A DNA stretch of 64,000 bases, from contig NC_043019.1 in the NCBI RefSeq assembly GCF_006345805.1, positions 21,823,360 through 21,887,359 on the forward strand, in the 5' to 3' direction. Shown piece by piece: positions 11,753-24,534 of the stretch. A program made the translations under genes and the position numbers. This DNA comes from Octopus sinensis. Its lineage: Eukaryota. Position 1 is the first letter of the stretch. Every line of letters begins with the position of its first letter. The notes beneath the pieces were generated by a model that had not been told where the DNA came from, ran no database searches, and saw only the letters and a program-made list of their open reading frames with translations.

Positions 11753-12130
11753 GGAGGTGCAATGGCCCTGTGGTTAGGGCAGCGGACTCGCGGTCATAGG
11801 ATCGCGGTTTCGATTCCCAGACCGGGCGTTGTGAGTGTTTATTGAGCGAAAACACCTAAAAGCTCCACGAGGCTCTGGCAGGGGATGGTGGTGATCCCTG
11901 CTGTACTCTTTCACCACAACTCACTCTTACTTCCTGTATCTGTTGTACCTGTATTTCAAAGGGCCGGCCTTGTCACTCTCTGTGTCACGCTGAATATCCC
12001 CGAGAACTACGTTAAGGGTGCACGTGTCTGTGGAGTGCTCAGCCACTTACACGTTAATTTCACGAGCAGGCTGTTCCGTTGATTCGGATCAACCGGAACC
12101 CTCATCGTCATAACCGACGGAGTGCTTCCA
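11753..12130 (+). mobile_element. tRNA-derived SINE family A, full length
   Basis: A box tggccctgtgg, B box-like ggtttcgattcc; ~380 bp near-identical to 26102, 31235 and 43287; atttacaga occurs on both flanks. Confidence 0.9.
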
Positions 12131-13654
12131 TGTATCCCATTTACAGAAGAGAAATTGATTTCTTACTGCTATATGCACAGGGCCTGAAATATTGGGATAT
12201 AGGGGATTTACATTGACCCCACTCCCCTACTGGTACTTATCTTATTGAGCCTGAAAGGATGAAAGGCAAAGTTGACCTTCACAGCATTTGAACTCAGAAC
12301 ATAAAACTGGAAGAAATATAGCAAAGTATTTTTGTTCAGCTGGAAAATATCTCAGGAACTTGATAAAAAAAACAATGAAAATTCAGAGCTGTTGTATTGA
12401 CATTGTTGGAATATTTAATGTGAAATATTTGGTGAATACTAGATATTGTTGCATTGATATTTGGCTGGAAATTAGTGAGTTTTAAGCCTTAAATTACCCA
12501 TCCCCATCCAAATACAGTTTGCGAATAATTCAGCACCCTTAAAACTCAAAATTGTTTCAGATGTTTATTGACCCCTTGGATAACCATATATAAAGCCCAA
12601 TACCAACTGCTTTGCTGACCCTTGATCTAAACACACACAAAACCTGTGGAAATACATTTTTATTTATTTCTTGAGATGCTGAAATTTTCATTACACACCT
12701 GTAACCCGGTCAGGCACAGTTCCATTACAATTCAGTTTTATTTCAATTTTCTTTCTATCATCATCTTTGTCATTATTTAACATCCACTTTGCCAATCATG
12801 CATGGGTTAGACGGAGTTTGTTGAGGCAGATTTTCAACAGTTGTATGCCCTTCTTGTTACCAAACCTCACCTGTTTCCAAGCAAGGTAATATTTCCCATG
12901 GCCAGACATGTTTTTCATGGAAGACTGGAAATGAACAACCTTATTTGTATGATGGTGATGCTTTATCATTCTAACTTGTTTCAGTCATTAGACAGCAGCC
13001 ATGCTGTAGCACTGCCTTCAATTTTTAATTGAACGAAACAACCTCAGTACTTAATCATTTTATTTTTTAAGCCTGGTACTTCTCGGTCTCTTCGCTGAAC
13101 TGCTAGGTTATGGGGGAGATAAACACAGGCGCAAAGACACACACACACAACAAGCTTCTTTCAGTTTCTTTCAACCAAATCCATTCACAAAGCCTTGGTC
13201 AGCCTGAGGCTATAGGAAAAGGCATATGTCCAAAATGCCATGCAGTGGGACTGAACCCGGAATCATGTGGTTGGAAAACAAACTCCTTACCACATAGCCA
13301 CGTGATATCAAGACAAGGGTTCACACAAACACATACATGATGGGCCTCATTCAGTTTCCATCTACCAGATCCACTCACACGGTTTTAGTCAAATTGAGGT
13401 TATTTGTAAAAGACACTTACACAAGGTGCTAAACAGTGAGACTGAACCAAAGACCACATGCTTGGGAAGCAAACTTCTCAATCACACACTCATACCTATG
13501 GCAGTGTTTGAAAATAAGGCATTCTAGCACAAATCTGATGTTATATTGGAATTTAAGACAATGAATTGTTAAAAAATAGTGGATCTGTTCTTTGACATCC
13601 TGACACTGACTTCATACCTCATTAAAGTTCATCTCACTGGAAATTAATTAAATA

Positions 13655-13812
13655 AGTACACTACACTCACGGAGTGGTTGGTGTTAGGAAGGGCATCCAG
13701 CTGTAGAAACATTGCCAGATCAGACTGGGCCAGGTGCAGCCTTCTGGCTTCCCAGACCCCAGTTGAACCATCCAACCCATGCTAGCATGGAAAGCGGATG
13801 CTAAACGATGAT
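13655..13812 (+). mobile_element. Family F short retroposon (RTE-3'-like, (GAT)n tail), partial
   Basis: ggagtggttgg.gttaggaagggcatccagctgtagaaac...ccatgctagcatggaaa.cgga.g.taaacgatg, shared with 27051-27282 and 39737-39953. Confidence 0.8.
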
Positions 13813-14849
13813 AAAGTACAAATAATTACATTTGTAGGCAATTGAGAGAATATTATTGGGACTGTGTTTCTGCAGCCAAATAGTAAGGCAATTGAGCATC
13901 TTCTCCCTCTGTTCTTCTCACTGTTGACCTCCAGGTGTGGTGTCTTTTCTACCACTACTTCATTACTATAATTAACAACCTATGTTCCTTGGGGCTGCTT
14001 GACTGGTTTCATTTCACCTCCACCCGAGTACTCCCAATTTCCTCATCTCTTCTCCTTCCCTCACCCATTGCACCTAGCCCTTTCTTCCCAGAATGTTATC
14101 TGCCTGGGTGTCAATCTGCAGCTCTTCAAGTGAGACGTTAACAGCATCATTTACACCAGCCTCAGACAGTATGTTTTGTTCACAAGCACTGCCCCTTCCT
14201 CCAGACACAGTAAGTAAGATATTTCAAAATATCCACCACTGCATAGGATGACCAATTTGAAAGAAATCAATGTTTCATACTGATTACTTTGTGGGTACAG
14301 ATGTAACTATGAGGTTGAGAAGTTTACTTTGCAACCACCATGTGTGAAGTTCATCTCACTGCAGAGAACATTCATCTTTTACTTATTTTAGTCACTGAAC
14401 TGCGATCAAACTGGGACACCGTCTTCAAGGGTTTGGTCAAACAGATCAACTCCACGACTTAGTTTTTAAAGTCTGGTATTCATTCAATCAGTCTCTTTTG
14501 CTGAACCACTAAGTTACAGGGACATAACAAACTAACATCAGTTGTCAGTTGAGGGTGGAGCAACTACAAAGACACAGGTTTCTTTCAGTTTGTGTGTACC
14601 ATGTCTGCTCACGAAGCAATAGCAGAAGACACTTGCTCAAGGTACCATGCAGTGGGACTGAACCAAGAACGGTGTGGTTAGGAAGCAAAATTCTAACCAC
14701 ACGACCATGCCTGGGAGTTTTCAGGTATTTTTAAACATAGTTATGAGTGTGTTATTTGAAAGAAAGTGATGTACATAGGTAGTGTGTGTGTGTGTGTGGG
14801 CGGTTCATGTAAGTGTAGATATTTTTGCGAAAACATCAGTGAGAAAAGA

Positions 14850-15373
14850 GAAAAACCAGTGTTATCAAATAAAAATAACCACGGTGTTATAGATGCACTA
14901 GAGAATTCGCCCGTTGGAAACTAGTAACCAATGACGTTACGGCTAACGTAAAAAAATTAACGCTATAAAATACCTTCTGCTATAAGCACAAGGCCTAAAA
15001 TTTGGGGGGAGTGGCTAATCAATTTACATCGATCCCAATGCTTATATTACCGACCTCGAAAGAATGAAAGGCAATGTCGAGCCAGAGCAATTTGAACTCC
15101 GAACATAAAACCGCAAGAAATGCCGCTAAGTATTTAGTCCGGTGTGGTTAAAAAAAAAAATTATCAACACCTTATATATATATATATTATATATTATATA
15201 TATATATATAATTATATATATATATTATGTATATATATATATTATATATATATATAATATATATTATATTATATATATTATATATTATTATATATATATA
15301 TAATATATATTATATATATATATATATATATTATAATATATATATATATTAATATATTATATATATTATATAT

Positions 15374-15405
<32 letters not shown>

Positions 15406-15549
15406 ATATATATATATTATATATTATATATATATATTATATTATATATTATTATATATTATATATATATATATATATTATATATATATATATATATTAT
15501 ATTATATATATATATTATTATATATATTATATATTATATATATAATATA

Positions 15550-15582
<33 letters not shown>

Positions 15583-15873
15583 GATATATATATATATATA
15601 TTATGTCTGTGACAGAAATATAATATTAATTAGATATAAACTAAGTTATTTATCAGGGGCAGAAAGTGTACATCGTCCTTTGGACGATGTATATACATCT
15701 GTACTTGTAACCAGACAAATTATTTTAAATAGATGAATAGTGGGGAAACTACAGTTACTTCCCCTGACCATATTCATCTTATTTGCAAATTATCGAAAAA
15801 TCCTTCCAAGAAAATTTTGATTTATAAACAGTTTACGACGACGACCATCATCATCAGCAGCAGCAGAAGCAGC

Positions 15874-15918
<45 letters not shown>

Positions 15919-16330
15919 TGCACTCTCAGTACACCTGTAAATAATCAACATCCAAGTAAATCACTTACCAAGTTATTTGGTAATGGAGTTAACAGAAGAG
16001 TAATTTCCCTTACACTGATGGTCTCTGCTAAAGGCACAAGGCAAAGCGATCGGCGATCTGGTAGAATCGTTTGCAGGTCTAAGTTCCAAATTGAAATACC
16101 GCCCAGGTCGACTTTATCTTCCATCTTTTAGGGGTGAATAAAATAAAGAACCTGCAAGGTGCAGTGATCAATGCAATCGACGAATTGAAATTGCTGGCCC
16201 TGTGCCAAAATTTGAAACTACTATTCACATTAGAAATATTTATATTGCACACCTTCGTTGTCTGAATGATATGTTTGCGGTGTGATGGATATTTTTAATG
16301 TAGGAAAGGGAATCGATCGAAATCGGAATA
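14850..16330. promoter_or_regulatory. CpG-retaining, promoter-like island (candidate)
   Basis: CpG is visibly frequent here and depleted in unique DNA and old repeats elsewhere; CCAAT next to a TGACGT motif at ~14928; strong minus-strand donor (ttg|gtaagt) at 15968/9. Confidence 0.35.
15173..15602. repeat. ~430-bp almost pure A/T (TA/TTA) tract
   Basis: Only two G residues seen and no C. Confidence 0.95.
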
Positions 16331-16557
16331 ATTTCTCCTAGTACAATGTTTGATATTTCATAGAATTTCAACCCTGGAAAGATAAGAGGCAATATGATAC
16401 TGAAAGAAACTAGAAACTACACCAGCTGCTCCAAACAATTTTGTTAGCTCAATACTTCCTTTCTTTCACTGAATCTTGTCTTATAAAAGGTCCCTCCCTC
16501 TCATAATGTTTTGGAGGGAAAGAGAATAAATAAGATAAAGAACCAAACAGGTTAATA

Positions 16558-16836
16558 ATAATAATAATTGTGTACAGTGCTCAGGTGCACTACAACTCAT
16601 CTAAAGTGTATATATAATCAGGTGTAGTTTCGGCGGATTTCGGAAAGCATGAGGGCCTTAAAGGATGCAGTGTCATGGCAGTCAACAACTGACGCAGGCA
16701 GTTTATTCCATGCTTCAGCAACTCTGAACGTGAAAAAATGTTTCCGAAAGTCATGGGAGCTGTGTTGTTTTCTGACTTTGTAGGCATGTCCACGTGTGTT
16801 AGACACATGGAGATCAAAAAGGTGTTCAGTGTTGTT
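16558..16836 (-). mobile_element. CR1-clade LINE 3' fragment
   Basis: MSNTRGHAYKVRKQHSSHDFRKHFFTFRVAEAWNKLPASVV..; 6 differences counted versus the 18205-18470 copy. Confidence 0.9.
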
Positions 16837-17246
16837 TTTAATATCAGTTTAGAATACATATTTTCTTATATTATCCCATCCAGCATGTGCCTCCTTAAAG
16901 ATATTTATTTGGACTGGGTCCCCTGTATTGAATGCTTTTCGAAAAAATTAATGGTGGCAAAGATTTACATAATTATATTGGACCTTGGTACCTTGTCAGT
17001 CATGCTTTTGCGTACTGTGAACACATTACCCTATTCAATTTCTAAACTTCCAAGAAAAATCATGACTCCTCTAAAACTCCCGACACCCTTCTTAGCAGTT
17101 TCTTGTCATCTGCTGCTCTCTTTTGAGTTCATAGTGCCAACAAAGGCATGTCACCACCCAGATTATTTACAACTACTTTAGACCTGAGTAAATAATGCAA
17201 GGCACATTTTTTAAACTTAGTACTAACATTTTTGCCAAACTTATAA

Positions 17247-17490
17247 TCTTTTACTCTTTTACTTGTTTCAGTCATTTGTCTGTGGCCATGCCGGAGCACC
17301 ACCTTTAGTCGACTGAGCAAATCGACCCCAGGACTTATTCTTTGTAAGCTTAGTACTTATTCTATTGGTCTCTTTTGCCGAACCGCTAAGTTATGGGGAC
17401 GCAAACACACCAGCATCGGTTGTCAAGCGATGCTGGGGGGATAAACACAGAAACACAAACATATACACACACACACACATACAAACACAT

Positions 17491-17540
<50 letters not shown>

Positions 17541-17702
17541 GACAGGCTTCGTTCAGTTTCCATCTACTAAATCCACTCACAAGGCTTTGGTCAGCCTGAG
17601 GCTATAGTAGAAGACACTTGCCCAAGGTGCCACACAGTGGGACTGAACCCAGAACCATGTGGTTCGTAAGCACGCTACTTACTACACAGCCACTCCTATA
17701 CC
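17247..17702 (-). mobile_element. SINE family B
   Basis: Full-length match to 5431-5853, slightly more diverged. Confidence 0.9.
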
Positions 17703-18029
17703 TTAATACCTTAATAAGGATATATAACCTTGTTTTCCTATCCACAGTGTTTACATTTGGCTATTATATTCAGTGCTGCTTAAAATCTATAAATATATTC
17801 TGTGGTACAATGCAGTATTGAAACAATACACTTAACTCACCAGAAAGTTATTGAATCATCATTATCAACATTTAACATCCGTTTTCCATGCTGGTATGGG
17901 TTGGAAGGCTTGACAGGAACTGGTATGTCTACTTTGGCTTGGTTTCTACAGCTGAATGCCCTTTCTAATGCAAACCACTTCATATACATATGCTTACACA
18001 GACATACATTACACACATACACACAGAAG

Positions 18030-18490
18030 AAAAGGAGACCTCCTGGAATCTGTTCAGAGACGTGCAACCAAACGCATACCCTCCATCAGACACCTACCAT
18101 ACTCTGAGCGCCTTGTTTCCCTGGACATGGATTCACTGAAGCTCCAGCGTCTGGCGATGGACTTGGTAAACACCCACAAAGTTATCAACCACCTCACCAA
18201 CAACAACACTGAACACCTTTTTGATCTTCATGTGTCTAACACACATGGACATGCCTACAAAGTCAGAAAACAACACAGCTCCCATGACTTTCGGAAACAT
18301 TTTTTCACGCTCAGAGTTGCTGAAGCATGGAACAAACTGCCAGCGTCAGTTGTTGACTGCCATGACACTGCATCCTTTAAGGCCCTCATGCTTTCCGAAA
18401 TCCGCCGAAACTACACCTGATTATACATACACTTTAGATGAGTTGTAGTGCACCTGAGCACTGTACACAATGTTTTTATTATTTATTATA
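18030..18490 (+). mobile_element. CR1-clade LINE 3' fragment with open ORF2 C-terminus
   Basis: DLLESVQRRATKRIPSIRHLPYSERLVSLDMDSLKLQRLAMDL...FFTLRVAEAWNKLP..: canonical CR1 C-terminal motifs. Confidence 0.9.
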
Positions 18491-18740
18491 AACAGTTTAT
18501 TTAGGTTAGCCAGTGACTTTTTTTTTAGGAGTTTCTGCAACATGTACACAGGTCCTAGGACAGGAGAAGAATACATGCCTTTGATTGCATATGGACACAC
18601 ACAGACTTGTGTGTCTAAATTTATAGAAAAAATTTTTTCATGAGCTTAAGGAATTCACTTCGCAACCCCAAGGTTCAAGCTTCAATCCCACTATACAGTG
18701 GGCCAATGCCTTGTGAGTGGAATTTGGTAGACAGGAATTG

Positions 18741-18788
<48 letters not shown>

Positions 18789-19164
18789 TGTGTGTGTATG
18801 TGTTCATGCATCTGCTTCTACTGGTGTGTTATATTGCATCCTTTTGTCAAATGATAGCCTTACCATCCAATAGAATTCAATAAAATAAGTATCATCCTAG
18901 GGATGACATGATTCACTAAGAAACTTTTGAAGACAGTCAAATGAATAGAACCAAGAAAAAGAAAAATTCAAATGGACAGAAAGACTTAGACAGACAGGTA
19001 GAGAGAGGGGAGGAGATGAGGGGCGAGGGGGAGAAAAAAAAAACAGACAAGTAGGTAGATAGATAGGCAGGCAGATATGTCCATAGATAGACAGGCAGAC
19101 AGATTAACAGATAGAGAGCCAGACATAAACCCAGGTGGACAAACAGACAGGTATGCAGGCAGAT

Positions 19165-19588
19165 TCAAGGCGGCGAGCTGGCAGAAACATTAGCGTGCCG
19201 GGCGAAATGCTTAGTGGTATTTCGTCTGTCATTACGTTATGAGTTCAAATTCCACCGAGGTCGACTTTGCCTTTCATCCTTTCGGGGTCGATAAATTAAG
19301 TACCAGTTACACACTGGGGTCGATGTAATCGACTTAATACCTATGTCTGTCCTTGTTTGTCCCCTCTGTGTTTAGCCCCTTGTGGGTAATAAAGAAATAG
19401 GTATTTCGTCTGTCGTTACGTTGTGAGTTCAAATTCCGCTGAGGTCGACTTTGCCTTTCATCCTTTCGGGGTCGATAAATTAAGTACCAGTTACGCACTG
19501 GGGTCGATGTAATCGACTTAATACCTATGTCTGTCCTTGTTTGTCCCCTCTATGTTTAGCCCCTTGTGGGAAATAAAGAAATAGGTAT
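19165..19588 (+). mobile_element. tRNA-derived SINE family E with head-to-tail duplication of its 3' ~183 bp
   Basis: A box gagctggcagaa, B box gagttcaaattcc; body repeated at ~19217-19399 and ~19400-19588; flanks share aggtatgcag(g/a)cagat. Confidence 0.9.
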
Positions 19589-21773
19589 GCAGACAGATGG
19601 ACAGGAAGCAGACAAACTTGCAGACAGTCAGAAAAATGGACAGACAGAATATAAATGTTAAATTCAGGTTATTATTTCAAAGCAAGTTTAATAACAACAG
19701 AACATTTCTTGATGGTAAGAGTAGAGATTCGATACCAAGTGTGGAATCGAATTGATTGTAGACATTTTTGTTGACTAAGACATTCAAGTTTCGCCTAATG
19801 GCTAATTCGACCAGATAGACACACAGCTAAACAGACAGAGGCAGGCATACATACAGACAGACAGAATCAATAAGCAACATCCTAAAAGTCCAGCAGTGAA
19901 GCAGAACTAAGGCAGAATATTAATGTAATAAAGGTGTGCTGAAGACAACAATGGATTTGTGGTAGAACTAAAATACTTCCTTCATGACTCACAACGTTTA
20001 TACTTTTAGTGCTTTCTGTTTTCTGACAGTGGTGGTCGTGCTTGGACACAGCTTAAAATGGATCCATTTTACATTGATTATATTGATTTGACGATTGTTC
20101 TGGGAGATTTTTTTTTGTTTGATTTTGTTAAGTGCTTGTTTCTGTATGTTTCTCATTGATACTGCTTGAGTAACTGTGCATCCGTTTGTGTCTCCAGCAA
20201 ACAACACAGCCTGTAACTTGGTGGCCGTTTTTTGTTTCATACAAAGACAAGCAGACTGGAAATATACTTCACTCGATGATAACCAAATAGGAGTTGGCAA
20301 CAAGGGCATCCAGCCATAGAATTACAGTCTCTATCAGTCTCATCCAATCCATGTCGATCATGGAAAAATGCAAACAAAATAATGCAATGATAGCAATGAT
20401 GATGTTGAAGCGGATGGTAGTGGTGGCAGCAGCATTGATGGTGGTGATGTTTGTGGTGTTGGTGGTGGTAATAGTGGTGTAGGTGGTCATGGTGTTGGCA
20501 GTGATGTTGTAGGTGGTGGCAGTGTTGATGATGACAATTGTGAAAGTGATGACAACAATGGTAATGATGATGATGATAATGAAAATAATGACAACAACTA
20601 TGGTGATAATGATGACAATGATGATGATTAAACTGAGATTAAGTAAGGCATCAAAACTTAGAAGTGAACAAAAGAACCTTTATGAAATCAGGCTAGAAAT
20701 ACAAGTAGAATTTCTATTAAAGTACAGCCTACAAACTTTAAAAAGAAGAAAAAAATACAAGTAATTATCATGACTGGGATATCTCTGATCATAGATCTGC
20801 TTGTTCAGAGTAACGATCACCATGAGCATAATAGCTCAGCCACTGGGCCATGCGACATCACAAGTGAAGTAACAACTCACTGGACCAACAAAATACTAGG
20901 TTTTCTTGAAGTATGCACCCGTGCATGCACATATGCACACACACACACACACACACACAAAAGCATGCACAAGCACGCACAAATGCAATGAGCATGCAAA
21001 GCACAATTGAAAGACCATAATCCTAGAGGAGCTTAAGTCACACAAAAATCAATGTTGCCATGGTTTTAAGATGATCAAATTTAGTTTATCTTAAAAACCA
21101 TAGAACAAACCTAATTGTATATAATGAGATTTTGATTGCTGTTAGCTGCACTATATTTCATGTGGGATGGATGGGTGGATGGATACATGCATACACACAC
21201 ACTGCACACATAAGCTTATCATTATTTTATTAAATCTGGATTGTTCAAAAAGCAAATCTCTGCTAGATATTGAACTCTAGATAATGAAGAACAGAACTAA
21301 ACTCCATAATGTATTTAACCTATCAACTAATAACGATAAAGCTTCCAGTTAATAAGGATGATCCTTAGCATTCTGAGTTTAAAATCTTGTTAAGAGTTAA
21401 ATTTTGCTTAACATGCTTCTGGAGTTAATAAAATGAAGTATCAATTCAGTGCTCAGATTGATATCATCAACTACACCTTTCCCCCAAAATGTGTGACCTT
21501 ATGCTCACATTTATAAAATCATTAATTATTTCGAGCATAACACAAGACCACATACTTTGGAGATATATACAAATTCATTTTATTGATCCCCAGTATTTAA
21601 CTGGTACCTTATGTTTCCATACCCAGAAAGATGAAAGGTTAAGTTGATCTCAACAGTGTTTGTAATCAAAACAGAAATGTAAGCAGGTATTACATGATGC
21701 TAATAATAGTTTCTCATAAAGGTACAGGGCTAGAAGTTTGGAGTGAGGCGAAGTGGGAGTAGTCAATAGAAAT

Positions 21774-22106
21774 CAGGGGTTCTCAATCATTTTTTTATCT
21801 ATGGACCTCTTTGATAACTATTTTATTTTGGCGGGACCCATAGCTATTTTGATGTTTAAAACTTGTTTTATAGAAACTTCTTTCAAAATTTCCTGTTTTT
21901 GTTTTTCCCACATTAACTTGTATAGGTTGAACTATGTGAAATGTTAGAAAAAGAAACCTAGCTGTTTCTTGCAAAACATACCAATACATACATCTAAAGC
22001 AAAATTTTCTTCAGAGGCCCTTGAATTACAATTGTGGTTGCACAGGTTACCATTGTGTTGTGTGGGCCCCCAAAAATCTTACATGGACCCCAGTTGAGAA
22101 CTTATG
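21774..22106. mobile_element. hAT-type MITE, decayed
   Basis: Left caggggttctcaatc, right gttgagaacttatg, with subterminal atggacc..; no matching 8-bp TSD found. Confidence 0.6.
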
Positions 22107-22766
22107 AGTTAAGTGATCCTCATATATGACTAGTACTTTATTTTATTGACTGGCAAAGTTAACTTGCACTGGGACTGAAGTCAGAACATTAATGAATACA
22201 ACAGGGCAAAACTGAAATGTCATTTTATGATGGCAGACCCTTACCACAGCATACATAGATGAGCAATGAAAGCCCCTAGAACTGAAGGGGCTTCAGAGAA
22301 GCTTCTAATGTATCTATGTTTCAAGAGGACACTTAATTTTGTATACTTCTATAATTCACTTCATTTATAATTAATTAGCAACTAATGAGATGATATAAAA
22401 CCACTTCTATAGCAACTTAAACAAGTTACCTAGACATATATACACACAGAAGTTTCTAGAAAGTATTCAGAAATAAATTTTTATTACCATGTAAATGGTT
22501 GCAGGCGGGACTGCATGACTAAGAAGTTTGTTACGCAATTACATAGTTCTGGGTTTGATCTCAATGGGTGTCAACTTTGGCATGTATCTTCTAAGACTAT
22601 TGCCAGAAACTGACCTAAATCTTAAATGAAACTATGTAATTGTGTAGAGAGAATGTGTATGGGACCCCTGTCAAGTGGACATGGAACCTATTCTACAGTT
22701 GTGAACTTATTTCGTTGCCTGGTTAAACACCATCACCTGGTTTTTGGAGGCTTTAATCTTTTAGTA

Positions 22767-24290
22767 CAGTTTTTCTCAACCTTTTTAATATCCAGGCCAG
22801 AAAAATTTATTATATTTAAGAAGAAAGACTAGCAAAAAACAGTAGAGTGATGGAATTTAATCTGAAACTTAATTTTGCTTTCAACTTTCAACTAGTTTGT
22901 TAAAACAAGGACTCGTGGTGGAAGACACAGTATGCAAAAGCTGGAAGACATCATGGTCAATCAATCAGTTACAATATTTTGTTTTGATACCCACCAGTTT
23001 GCTGAAAAGTGTTTCACACACATGTTGACCCAAATATCAAGAAATTTTTATATGCTTTAACAATCAAATTGAGATATTTCCCATCCAGGTTTCAACTCCA
23101 GAAGTCCAGGAGCTCCATTTGAAATTTGTCAGAAGTGGTGAATGCATTCATCGCCATAGATGCTAAAAATATTTTCTTCAAGGACAAAGAATCCTTGGTG
23201 TCATCAAAGCAGGGTTCAGATTTGTCAATCAAGTTACTCCTGTGGTACTTATTGTATGACCCTTGTGCTCAGAAAGTGATGAGAAATGGGTTTTAGTGTC
23301 CAGTGCAAGTAGAATCTTCCAAAGGTAAAAGCTTTGCAATGAAGGCAAACACTGTGCTGTAAAATTCATGGCAGAGCTTGTCCTTACCTTGTAGGTCATA
23401 GTACAAAGTCAAAAGGTGTGCAGTGATATCACCAATGAAAGCCAATTCAGCAATCCATTCTTTGTTGCTAAGCTGAGGGAAGATTATCTTTCCTTCAGCT
23501 AAAGTTTTTGATTTCTGGGAGAAATCTGAAGAACCTATTGAGGTATGTGGCATGGCTTAACCATCAAACAGTGGTGTACATGAGCACATCTCCATAGCCA
23601 GAATCAATATCCACTAGAAACTACTTAAAATTACAATAGTTCAGGACTTTTACTCAAATCCAATTTATGACTGAAATTGCAGCCTGTCACAATGGCCATT
23701 TTCAGTGACTTAGCAACGTTATTTACCTGATGTATAATGCAGAAGTAAGGTTCTCTGCTTGCCATCTGACAACTAGTCCCTGAAGATTTTGTTTCTGTTC
23801 ACGCATAGAAGAACCTCCATCTGTGGCAATGAAGACAGCTTTGATAGATCCAAAAGTGCTTGTTGATGGCTTGCACAAAACTCACAGAACACACCTGTCC
23901 CTTTTGTTGAGTCATGAATGGAACACAATGTTAGAAATTCTTTATAAATATGGAAGTCTGGCATGACTCCCCTCATGAACACAGCTAATTGCTCTGTATC
24001 AGTAATATCTTTTGTGCAGTCAAAAGTGATAGAGTAGCAAATAAAATCCACCAACTGGTCATGTAGATCATTAGATATGCATTCAGCTCAAGTTACTGTG
24101 TCTTGCTGAGATGCGTTTTCTTAGCTTTTTGCTGAATGCTAGAACAACATTCTTCAGGGAACATAGCTATAACCTGTTTCAAGATTTCACCATCTGAATA
24201 TGGCATCATGTGGTAAGCCAGAAGGTGACTAATCCTGTATGATGCCATTGTTACATCTTTAGAATCACTTATATGTTTCAAGAAATTCAT
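22767..24290 (-). pseudogene. Decayed hAT transposase (SPIN/Buster/GTF2IRD2-like) with 3' terminal repeat
   Basis: Fragments ASYRISHLLA..PYSDGEILK, SITFDCTKDITDTEQLAVFMRGV, DVLMYTTV*WLS, EWIAELAFIGDITAHL..LQGKDKL and IFGSTCV in the correct order, with stops and frameshifts; cagtttttctcaaccttttt TIR-like end at 22767. Confidence 0.85.
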
Positions 24291-24534
24291 TGCTTTAGCA
24301 TATATACTGGCTATATCTGGCCCAAATATTCTACCTTTTCAAATTGACCAGATGAAGCCTCTCATATCTATCTACCCAACAATGTCATTCTAAAAATAAA
24401 CAATCATATCATCAAAGTTTCAAAGCTACAAGATAATGCTGCATGATTAATTCACAACAATGTAAATAAACAAGCATTATATATGACAGAATAATCTGAA
24501 TTCTAAAATGTTAACAGACTTAACTCTGCTGCAA
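24290..24534 (+). mobile_element. piggyBac-type MITE family D, decayed
   Basis: Homologous to 40631-40777, 44258-44462, 52241-52437 and 54757-54950; the family has ccctttagca..tgctaaaggg ends and TTAA. Confidence 0.7.

Noticed and set aside
11753-11830. tRNA-like sequence (also at 26410-26487, 31545-31619, 43596-43670, 63857-63930)
   Set aside because: A and B boxes are present, but there is no convincing acceptor stem and it continues into a repeated SINE body with TSDs; not a tRNA gene.
14092-14209. Plus-strand open segment ending at a gtaagt donor
   Set aside because: Low-information peptide with no recognisable homology; the antisense frame is similarly open; insufficient support.
20294-20764. 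Met/Val-rich ORFs
   Set aside because: Decayed (GAT/GGT)n tail of a family F copy.
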